Below are positions 54,485-64,000 of a stretch of 64,000 nt of DNA, piece after piece. How positions within the stretch are numbered: position 1 is the stretch's first letter; every line of letters begins with the position of its first letter. The stretch spans positions 34,808,705 through 34,872,704 of the forward strand of contig NC_081380.1 in the NCBI RefSeq assembly GCF_030684315.1. Direction: 5' to 3'. Position numbers and translations under genes: made by a program. The stretch comes from Stegostoma tigrinum (taxonomy: Eukaryota). Below the pieces are notes generated by a model. That model worked only from the letters and a program-made list of their open reading frames with translations. It did not search any database and had not been told where the DNA came from.

Positions 54485-54899
54485 CTAATTTCATAAATTT
54501 TCTCTTTTCCTTTTTTTCATGTCAAAGAATCTTTTGTTTCATTTTCTTAAAATTACTGGCCAGTTTTACAGGGCAAGGATTTTCAAAAGAATATTTTTAT
54601 ATGCGCGAATCCTTGGCTCTCAAAACCACATTCGGCAGCAGAATTTAAGTACGAAACTATTTCCAACGCTTTCCTCCTCCTCCAAACTGTCCCGGATTTT
54701 AATTTGTAGTCATTCCCTCCAGTTCTTTATCGTTAAAAGTATTCTTTTTTATTACATTACTATATCGTTTGATCTTTTGCTTTGAAGCATCTGCTCTCAC
54801 CTAGAGCGAACAGGCCAAACTGTACTTCATGCTTACTCAGACAGCTTCCTGTTTAATCTATCACTTTTTCTTTTTGTTGTTCTTCGCATTCTTTCCCCC

Positions 54900-55454
54900 G
54901 TCGAAGTTAGTTGATTTATCTCCCCCTCCCTCTCACTGTTTTAAACTAGAAATCCTACTTATCCAGCGTGCACTCTGTTGTGCTATAGTCACCCTTAGGA
55001 GCCAAACGACTCGTCACCATGGAAATGCCTCTTCCCTTTCCCTTGATACATCCGCCAAAGAACATAGTCCCAATAAAAATAACCGCAGTACCAATTAAAA
55101 CAAAAAACAAACTGAAATCGTCAAGGACACTCCAGGAATTTTAAGCTAACAACATCTAATGGTCGTGAATCTGTTTCGCTTCGCGGTTTCCTAATCACCC
55201 AAGGTTTATGTATCATTCCGCCGCCGTCCCACTTTGCGCCTGGTCTGAGCTGAGCTGCGGCTACAAAATGCCGGGCGGCTTTCTGGTTTTCCGTTCCCAG
55301 TTTAAGACCCGTGATGTTTTCAGCTGTGCTCGGGGGTGGTGGAAGCAATGAGGCTTGATCGGCTTTGGAATCTAAGAGTAGTTTCAGTGTGGCTGAAGTA
55401 TGAACTCGGAGACGGAACCGACCTTCGAAGTCACTAGTGGGGCGGCTCACGGGG
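54900..55454. promoter_or_regulatory. Bidirectional CpG-rich promoter between LIAT1 and EXO5, with an RFX X-box-like motif at 55013-55026
   Basis: Divergent start codons 970 bp apart; local CpG enrichment; GTCACCATGGAAAT. Confidence 0.6.
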
Positions 55455-55599
55455 ATGGACAATCACAGGCCAGAAGGTGTTGGAGGGATGGTTGATGCGG
55501 ACGGACAAACGTGCCGGAAGTCGAGTGGAACGATGCAGCCGGAGCTTAGTGACGCGGAGCTCCTCGCATTGGAATTGGATTTGTTCTGCGGCGAATGTG
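55455..55599 (+). CDS. EXO5: Exonuclease V coding exon 1
   Basis: gggATGg Kozak; ...PELSDAELLALELDL resembles the EXO5 N-terminal SDLSDSEFLEFLDL motif; donor G|gtactt, phase 1. Start could be 55455, 55488 or 55533. Confidence 0.7.
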
Positions 55600-55659
55600 G
55601 TACTTGGTTCATTAATACTTGTAGATGAAGCATTACAGTGAAGCTGATCCTGTCTGTTA

Positions 55660-57610
55660 TCGAGCATACAGCACGGAAACAGACCCTTCGGTCCAACTCG
55701 ATCATGCCGAACAAATTTCCCGAATTACTAAACATGTCCCATTTGCCTGCATTTGGACCATATCCCTCTAACCCCTTCCGATTCACGTACCTGTTCAGGT
55801 GTTTTTAAAAACGTCTTAATGCATCTACCACCTCCTCCGGCAGATCATTTCCACTACGAGATAACAAAGTGTGGAGCTGGATGAACACAGCAGGCCAAGC
55901 AGCATCTTAGGAGCACAACCGCCCAAAGAGGATCCCCCTCGTTCTCACACACCACCCCACCAACCTCCGGATACAACGCATCATCTTCCACCATCTACAA
56001 TCCGACCCCACCACCCAAGACATTTTTCCATCCCCACCCTTCTCTGCTTTCCGGAGAGACCACTCTCTCCGTGACTCCCTTGTTCGCTCCACACTGCCCT
56101 CCAACCCCACCACACCCGGCAACTTCCCCTGCAACCGCAGGAAATGCTACACTTTTCCCCCACACCCCCTTCCCTCACCCCTATCCTAGGCCCCAAGATG
56201 ACTTTCCATATTAAGCAGAGGTTCACCTGCACATGTGCCAATGTGGTATACTGTATCCATTGTACCCGGTGTGGCTTTCTCCACATTGGGGAAACCAAGC
56301 GGAGGCTTGGGGACCGCTTTGCAGAACACCTCCGCTTGGTTCGCAACAAACAACTGCACCTCCCAGTCGCAAACCATTTCCACTCCCCCTCCCATTCTTT
56401 AGATGACATGTCCATCATGGGCCTCCTGCAGTGTCACAATGATGCCACCCGAAGGTTGCAGGAACAGCAACTCGTATTCCGCTTGAGAACCCTGCAGCCC
56501 AATGGTATCAATGTGGACTTCACCAGCTTCAAAATCTCCCCTTCCTCCACCGCATCCCAAAACCAGCCCAGTTTGTCTCCTCCCCCCACTGCACCACACA
56601 ACCAGCCCAGCTCTTCCCAGGCACCCACTGCATGCCAAAACCAGTCCAGCCTGTCTCTGCCTCCCTAACCTGTTCTACCTCTCACCCATCCCTTCCACCC
56701 CAAGCCACACCTCCATCTCCTACCTACTAACCTCATTCCACCTCCTTGACCTGTCCCCTCCCCACCTCTACTCTCGTCTCCACCTATCTTCTTTTCTCTC
56801 CATCTTTGGTCTGCCTCCCCCTCTCTCCCTATTTATTCCAGAACCCTCACCCCATCCCCCTCTCTGATGAAGGGTCTAGGCCTGAAATGTCAGTTTTTGT
56901 GCTCCTGAGGTGCTGCTTGGCCTGCTGTGTTCATCCAGCCTCACATTTTATTATCTTGGATTCTCCAGCATCTGCAGTTCCCATTGTTTCTGATACATTT
57001 CCACATACAAACAATTCTGTGTGTGGGGAAAAGAAAAACAAAGTTGCTGGAAAAGTTCAGCAGTTCTGGCAGCATCTGTGAAGGAAAATAATCAGAGTGA
57101 ATGTTTCAGGTCCTCTTCCTCCGAACTGCACGTGGAAAAGGTTGTCCCTCAAGGTCCCTTTTAAATCTTTTTTTCTTCTCACCTTAAAGATATGCCACCC
57201 TCAGGAAAAGACTTCTGCTATTCACCTTATCTATGCCCCTCGTGATTTTATAGACTTCTTACAAGGTCACCTCTCAACCTCCTACACTCCAGTGAAAAAG
57301 TCCCAGCCTATCCCTATAACTTCTTCCTTCCTGGTAAATCTTTTCTTAACTTCTCCAACTTAATAATATCCCATCCCTTAGGGTAACTAGAACTGAAGAC
57401 TGTACTCCAAAAGTGACTTCACCAACGTCCTGTACAGTCTCAACATGATATCCCAACTCCTATACTCAGTGGTCTGAGCAATGAAAGCAAGTGTGCTAAA
57501 TGCCTTTTTAACCACTTTGTCTACCTGTGATGCAACTTTCAAAGAATTAGGTACTTGAACCCTCTAGGTCTGTATGTTCAACAACACTACCCAGGGCCCT
57601 ACTGTTAACT
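55660..57610 (-). mobile_element. CR1 LINE 3' fragment interrupted by two Penelope-family insertions
   Basis: Antisense tail catacagcacggaaacagacccttcggtcc at 55665; the CR1 sequence resumes at ~57000 and ~57130. Confidence 0.8.
55858..56995 (+). mobile_element. Penelope-like element, 5'-truncated, with GIY-YIG endonuclease ORF, pLTR/hammerhead and a short inverted 5' arm
   Basis: ORF 56144-56668 FTCTCANVVYCIHCTRCGFLHIGETKRRLGDRFAEHL...PVANHF...EQQLVFRL.TLQPNGIN; ctgatga...gaaa at 56864; TSD catttccac(a)tac at ~55846 and ~56996. Confidence 0.92.
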
Positions 57611-57815
57611 ATTTATTTTCCTTTTCAGGTGGCTGTTTAAAGATTTGTTAGCAGTGGAATCAATAGCCTAATGTTTTTACTACTAGACTATTAATTCAGA
57701 AACCCAATTTCCAATTGGTAATTAAAAGTCTAATGGTGACTATCAATTGTTAGGGAAAAAAATGTGGTTAAATAATGTCTTATTGGAAGGAAACTGCTGC
57801 CTCAGTGTGACTTCA
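57485..57815 (+). repeat. Donor arm of a ~330 bp near-perfect inverted duplication
   Basis: Reverse complement found at 58902-59236. Confidence 0.92.
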
Positions 57816-58179
57816 GATCCATAGAAATGATAATAGATACTTGTCAAAATAGTGGTGCCCACATTCCATGAGCAACTAAAAACACTCCTGTGACTCAGAA
57901 GGGTCTCTGTTCAAGTAGTATCCAGAATTGGAGTTCAGGCTGACCTACCCTTCTGGTGCAGTGCCAAGAGCATAGCACACTTATGAGAAGAGCAGGGAAG
58001 TTACTCCCAATATATTCTTCTGTTCAGTAATTATCCTACAATCAGCAGTTAAGGAGGCTGCAATTTAGTGGTAATATCACTGGATTAGTAATCTAGAGAC
58101 TAACCCTTGGGTTTTAATTTAACCTTGCTAAAAGTCAAATTAATTAATTAATTGAAAAAACCAGGAGTTGAAAACTGGT

Positions 58180-58398
58180 ATAATAATAGGGCATAGAACT
58201 GGATGAACACAGCAGGCCAAGCAGCATCAGAGGAGCAGGAAAGCTGGTGTATCGGGTCTGGACCCTTCTTCAGAAGAAGGGTCCAGATCCAAAACGTCAG
58301 CTTTCCTGCTCCTCTGATGCTGCTTAGCCTGCTGTGTTCATCCAGCTCTACGCCTTGTTATCTCAGATTCTCCAGTATCAGCAGTTCCTGCTATCTCT
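58180..58398. mobile_element. Foldback Penelope pLTR element (related subfamily) inserted into a SINE
   Basis: Inverted arms fused at cccttcttcagaagaaggg; TSD gttgaaaactg at 58167-58177 and 58399-58409. Confidence 0.85.
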
Positions 58399-58901
58399 GT
58401 TGAAAACTGCTGTTGTGAAACTATTGTCAGTTGCTGTAAAAACCTCATACACTTCATTGTCATTCTTACCAACTCTGGCCTATGTGTGACTGAGACCTAC
58501 AGCTGTGTGGTTGACTCCATGTGGTCTGCTAGCCACAATTCAAGGAAGGGAAGGAATGAACAACAATAGGGAGGTCACATTCCACAGCAGAAAATCAAAT
58601 AATTCTCACTTTATTGCTTGTGAGAGCCAATATTACTATAGCAACTACACTTTTTAGATGGCTTAATTTGTTGTGAAGTGCTCTGGGATGTCCTGTGGTT
58701 GTGTAGATGCCAGACTTTCTTTTCGGAGCAGGCAATTTCTTAGTAACCTGACCAACATTCTTTTCAATTAACAAAAAACACAAATTGGCCTAATACAAAA
58801 TGCTGGAGCAAATCAGCACGTCTGACAGATCTGTGGAGAGAGAAACGATAAACATTTCAAGTCTAGTTCAGCTTTGCTGAATGTTATCTGTATTGCTTGT
58901 T

Positions 58902-59236
58902 TGAAGTCACACCGAGGCGGCAGCAGTTTCCTTCCAATAAGACATTATTTAACCACATTTTTTTTCCCTAACAATTGATAGTCACCATTAGACTTTTAAT
59001 TACCAATTGGAAATTGGGTTTCTGAATTAATAGTCTAGTAGTAAAAACATTAGGCTATTGATTCCACTGCTAACAAATCTTTAAACAGCCACCTGAAAAG
59101 GAAAATAAATAGTTAACAGTAGGGCCCTGGGTAGTGTTGTTGAACATACAGACCTAGAGGGTTCAAGTACCTAATTCTTTGAAAGTTGCATCACAGGTAG
59201 ACAAAGTGGTTAAAAAGGCATTTAGCACACTTGCTT
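58902..59236 (-). repeat. Inverted copy of 57485-57815
   Basis: Differences found by eye: a 3-nt indel, one substitution and a 1-nt homopolymer length difference. Confidence 0.92.
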
Positions 59237-59477
59237 GTCTTTCTTCCTACATTTTCTCTTTTTATTTCAGATTTACACCATAGGTGGAATTTGACTTGTG
59301 TGTTTCCAGCATTTCCTATTATTTCAACTGGTCACTTCTCTGATTTCCTGTTTGTGGGATTTTGTTGTGTTCGAATTGGTTCAGATTTGAGTAAACAATA
59401 ATAATTTCAATTTAAAAAGTAATGTAGAATCTGTTTTGAGGTCCTAAGGATAGGCTGTAAATACTGTATTTTCTTTT

Positions 59478-60331
59478 TGTAATTTTGTTTGTGGACTGAA
59501 AAGGGAACAGATGTTTGTTCGTTTTAAAAACCAATGATATTGGAAAGGAATACTACGTGTTTTAAAAGCTACTTTAAACTGCTGTTTGCTCAAGGAGACG
59601 GGAAGTCTAGTTGCAGGCAAACCTGAGCCAAGGGGTGTGTATGAATGGAGCTTTTGTCGGGCAACAGGTAGCTGAGGGACAACTGGTCAGTACCAACCAG
59701 ACCAATAAAAAACACTTGTCAACAACTGTGTAATTGGCTCCCAGGTAACTGACCATCTTGTGGGTGTGAATGTTTCAATAGGAGTCATTGGATGGACCTC
59801 CAGAAAAGGAGGAGTTATCCTCTCTGCAGTAAAAACATTTTGCATCTGAAGAAAGTCTATTTCCCTTCAATTGTTGTAAGCTGTTGTGGTTAACCAATAA
59901 GTGAGATACTTTATTAGTGTGAACCAGTTACCCTGTATCTCCTGCAAGCAATTGACAGTACTTGGAATGTTGAGGAGCAACAAACCAGGGCAAGCTGAGC
60001 CGGGACCATTTAGGCTGTCTCCTTCGGCCTTTGACTCCTGTATTTTATATTTTCTCTGTAGGTGTGTGTATAGGGGAATTTTATCAGTGCTTGGAGTTTC
60101 AACTAGTAGAGTTATACATTGATGGTTCATAGATTTATCTACAGGTAAATAACTATTTATTTGTAATAATAAATATTAATTTTAAGTACAGAAACCTGGT
60201 CCATGATTTCTGTCAACCTGTGTCTGAAAGACAGATAAATTGGGGAATTTTGTGACCTGTTGTTAAATTTTGTGTTGACTGTAGGAATAGCCAAGCTTTA
60301 TTGCTCACATGCTACCCCAGTGAGATGTCAC
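59478..60331 (+). mobile_element. Possible solo LTR
   Basis: TGT...TGTCACA termini with an internal AATAAA at ~60167. No TSD found. Confidence 0.3.
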
Positions 60332-60499
60332 AATGCCAATTTTATGTCCCATTTTTATTTAAACTACTCATCTTTTGATTAATTGTTTGTCACTTCTGTG
60401 GTTTTCCTAAGCTGTCTTTATAGTTCATCACCTGTCTCGCTCATTGAAATAGCTTGAGAGGTTTTTTTCTGTCAACAAATGATAGCCTTTTTTTAAAAG

Positions 60500-61020
60500 G
60501 CATGTTGTCATCTTGCTGAGCTTCCTGAATTCTGTTGCCCTATGTATGATGGCAGTCTGTCATTGATGCTGAAACACTCAGTCATGACGACTATTCCATC
60601 ACATTCCTGTCTGGTCTCTTGTATTCCAACCTCCATTTGCTCAAAGTCTTCCAAAAACATTCCTAACCTTTTTATCAGGTTTTGTTCCCCCATCACTCCT
60701 ATGCTCGCTGACCCACAATCACTTGAAAAATTCTCATCCTTATTCTCAAATCCCTTCATAACGATTCCCTGGGATATGTGTCTCTCTAATTCTGGCCTCC
60801 TGGGCATTCCCATTTTTAACTGTTCCATCATTGATAGATATCCCCTCTGTTGCCTAGACCCCAAGATCCCCACTCTCCCCATCTGTATCTTCCTTTTTAA
60901 GCCATTTTTAAAACCTACTTCTTTGACCAATTGTTCAGTCATCTGACTTAATGTCACCTTTGTGACTGAATATCTCTGTCTCTGTTTTATAACACTCCTG
61001 TGGAGTAACTTAAGTCTTCT
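60500..61020 (+). mobile_element. L2-clade LINE 3' fragment
   Basis: SPITPMLAD remnant of the L2 HITPVL..LHWL motif and an L2-type 3' UTR. Confidence 0.65.
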
Positions 61021-62053
61021 ATTTCATGAGTGTCCTAAGTTCCTGTAGGCTAATGGTGTCCCCTATTTATCTGTATACTTAAATTTTCTTTGTCCAAAAT
61101 TAAGCCTCTGATTTTGTTTCTAGTTATGACCGAATAGACTTGATAAATATTCATTTATCATTTGGTAGAGTTTGGATTTTATATGTGTGCACATGGCATA
61201 TCACCCTGCTTTTATTTTGCCCGCTCTCACCCATGAAAGCACCCACGTCAGATCTTGTTTAGTCAACCTGACTGTACACTTTTTTTATCTTGCTGATATT
61301 CTTCCCACCAGCTCCCGATCACAATGCTGCATGCTGGCCTATGTGTGGTCAGCTGGCTCAAGCCATCTGATGTAGGCTCACATGACAAGAGTACTCGTGG
61401 TAATTGCTGTCCCATGACGTAGTAAGAATGCCTAGAATTGGAAATAAGTACAGGTTGTGTGGAAGCACAAAGACTTGAATTTATGTAGCACCTCAGGAGG
61501 TCTCCAAGCACTTCAAAGCCAATTAAATATTTGTGAAATATTAAAGTAATTTAGGAAAGAATGGCAGCCAATTTACACACACCAAATCCAGCAATGAGAC
61601 AATGACCGACTGTCTATTTCAGTGGTGTGAGTTGAGGGTTAAATGTTGACCAAATAGGCAGATATTGATGCTGGAATTTTTGTTTTTGTGAATAATTTGA
61701 CAGCACAAGAATGCATTTTAAAGTTCTGAAATTATTGATAAATTGCATTATCTTTTGTCATTAAATCTTATGCATCATTTTATCTGTCAACCAGTTTAAC
61801 TTTTTTTGAATGAGCATGCAATTTACTTTAAAGTTCAACAAGCTGAATGTTTCTTAAGTTGTATGAAGTCATAATGTCAGATATACATTTCCTGAAGTAT
61901 TATACTGCATTGTAACTTTTTTGTAACCATTTGGAGGGAAGTATAGGTTTTTAGTTTTAGTATAACTGAAATTTTAAATCAGTTTGAAAAGAGAATGTGT
62001 AAAGTTTACAGCAATATGTATCCTGACTTTTTGTTTAATTTCTGATCTTCTAG

Positions 62054-62150
62054 ACAAACCTGAACTAAATGAGGGAGATGATGGTCACACTTCTAGCAGA
62101 TCTGCTGAATCTTGCTGTACTGGACAAGGGACTGTTGAAGATACTTGTAG
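62054..62150 (+). CDS. EXO5: Exonuclease V coding exon 2 (low-complexity linker)
   Basis: ttctag|AC...TGTAG|gtaatt; (D)KPELNEGDDGHTSSRSAESCCTGQGTVEDTC(S). Phases 1/2 exactly bridge exons 1 and 3. No homology evidence on its own. Confidence 0.7.
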
Positions 62151-62449
62151 GTAATTTTTAAGTATTTAATATCATTTATATATTACTGTGGCTAATCCTT
62201 GTAGTACATTATAATAAGTCTTGGCTTGGAGATGTGGGTTAGATTGCTCATTTATCATTTAAATAGCTGAATGTGTCAATGCTTTTTATCAATTCAGCTA
62301 TTCTAGCAATGTTAAACAAAACATTGTTGGTGCCTTCCTACAAGCTCCAACGCTGGCACTTGCAGTTCTTGTGAAATCCTTTCTTAATACTTTTCGGTGA
62401 AATGAAAGAAGAAACAAAGGTGCAAAACACTAAATGGGTGAAAGCTTAG

Positions 62450-63125
62450 AAAGTGTTGTGTTGAAAGACATCTTTTCTCATAAGTCACTGAAAGCTAGCA
62501 TTTGGGTGCAACAAGCAGTTCTGAAGGCAAATAGTATATTTGCCTTAATTGCAAGAGAAGTCTTGCTTCAATTGTATAGGAACATTGGTGACACCATACC
62601 TCTAATATTGAATGCAGTCTGGTCCCCTTGCCTAAGGAAGGATATACATGCCATAGAGGGAGTACAGTCGAAATTCACCAAATTAAATGCTGGGATTGTT
62701 GGACTGTTCTACGAGATACTTGGCCTGTATTCTCTGTTCAGAATTTCGAAAAGCAAGAGGCAATCTTATAGGAAGTGACACAGTTCTTAAAGGGATAAAC
62801 TGTATATTACAGAAGGGATGCTTATTCTGTCTGCAGTGTGTAGAACCGGGTGATATAGCCTCTTATTCTGAGACTGTCTGGGACCGGGATGAGGAGGAAT
62901 TACTTCACGTGTTGAATCTTTGGAATTCTCTTCCCTGAGATGGCTGAGTAAGCTCGCTCTTTAAGTAAATTCAGGGCAAAAAATTGCTATATTTCCAGTT
63001 ACCAATAACATTGAGGGATTTGAGACAACACGAGCATATAGCATTGAGGTAATTGATGACCCATGATTTAGAATGGCTGTACAGACTTAAAGGACTGAAT
63101 GACCTATTCATGCTCCTATGTTCTA
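62450..63125 (+). mobile_element. CR1 LINE 3' fragment
   Basis: VQQAV.KANS, WSPCLRKDI.AIEGVQ and VLNLWNSLP remnants; tail gctcctatgttc. Confidence 0.8.
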
Positions 63126-63369
63126 ATGATTATTTAGGAGAAGGAAACTGTTCTCTGTTTCAGGTAGAGCAATCTAATAACTAAAATGTCCATAATTGCA
63201 TGCTTTAACATCACACACCACCCCTGGTTTTGATAGCTGGTCGTTAATTGCAAGTATTTCCTATTAAAAGGAGAATTCGATGCTGAGGTGTTCTTTGCTT
63301 GCTTCTGCCCCCATAATTGGCAAGTAAATTTGGGCAATCAATCTTTCTCTTCCCCTCCCCTGACCCCAG

Positions 63370-63626
63370 TAGAAATGAGCAATCCTCTAATCAGTCTGAA
63401 CAGAAAAGCGAAATGCCGCCTGAGGGAAGTAGCACCAAACGGAGAAAGCAGGATGAAAGGATCCCGCTGGAACGCTTTGGCCGAAAATACCTGAATGTCA
63501 CTGACCTGACTAGACAGGTTTGGTGTGAGCAGCAAGTGGTGTATGGACTGGAACTGCCACACATTGAACAACTGCGAGAAGAAGTTCCAGTTGTGAAAGC
63601 AGGTAGCTGTCTACACCTGGCAAGAG
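63370..63626 (+). CDS. EXO5: Exonuclease V coding exon 3 (start of nuclease domain); gene continues beyond the window
   Basis: ccccag|T AGA...GCA AGA G|gtaact; PLERFGRKYLNVTDLTRQVWCEQQVVYGLELP...GSCLHLAR matches EXO5 PMERF..YLYVTDL..Q.WCE.Q..YG.ELP...G..IHLARE, including the first Fe-S cysteine. Confidence 0.92.
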
Positions 63627-63779
63627 GTAACTTTTTTTTTATGCTGAAATGAACATTGTTTGTCCCAGCATCATGGTGTAATAGCTGGAAACCACACAAT
63701 CCTAAGATGCAGACCTTCATCAACAATTCTGTGCTCTTGAAAAACAAAACCTGGCGGATGGTGGGAGGGGTGATTTGAT

Positions 63780-64000
63780 ACCGGTTTTAAAATTAGTAGA
63801 TGCAAAAAGAATGTTGTGGGGGAATAGCCTAACCAGAGGTCACTAATATATAGTGAGAAATCTAGTGGAGAATTCAGAAGAAACCTCTTCATCTAAAAGA
63901 TTGTGGAACCTGGTGCCATTTTGAGTGCTTAAGGTGTATAGAAAGATGCACTTAAGTGGAGACGAGACAAATGTGAGAAAGTGAATAGATGAGGAAAGCC
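63780..64000 (+). mobile_element. CR1 LINE 3' fragment, old
   Basis: ggagaattcagaagaaacctcttcatctaaaagattgtgga remnant. Confidence 0.55.

Noticed and set aside
53850-54900. Additional LIAT1 coding sequence in the purine-skewed minus-strand flanks of exon 1
   Set aside because: The frames I translated hit stop codons quickly, and there is an in-frame TAG directly before the ATG at 54484.

Overview
Eukaryotic vertebrate DNA, most likely a cartilaginous fish (shark). This is inferred from HE1/V-SINE, Deu-domain SINE, CR1 and Penelope repeat types. Four spliced protein-coding genes can be assembled with canonical, phase-consistent GT-AG junctions: the last two exons of VPS53 (+), a complete 3-exon RFLNB/refilin-B (+, 219 aa), a 2-exon LIAT1/C17orf97 (-), and the first three coding exons of EXO5 (+), head-to-head with LIAT1. 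The rest is intron, UTR and intergenic sequence dense in CR1 and L2 LINE fragments, SINEs, a Harbinger fossil and Penelope-like elements (PLEs). The most notable observations are: (1) small foldback PLE insertions carrying hammerhead-ribozyme motifs, with 11-13 bp target-site duplications and a reproducible one-arm-with-tail asymmetry; (2) an intron-containing EXO5 inside the VPS53-RFLNB-LIAT1 block; (3) a young ~330 bp inverted templated duplication in EXO5 intron 1. Exon coordinates were counted by hand and repeat boundaries are approximate. All homology calls are from memory of the families, not from database searches. No prokaryote-type system (CRISPR, operon) is present.
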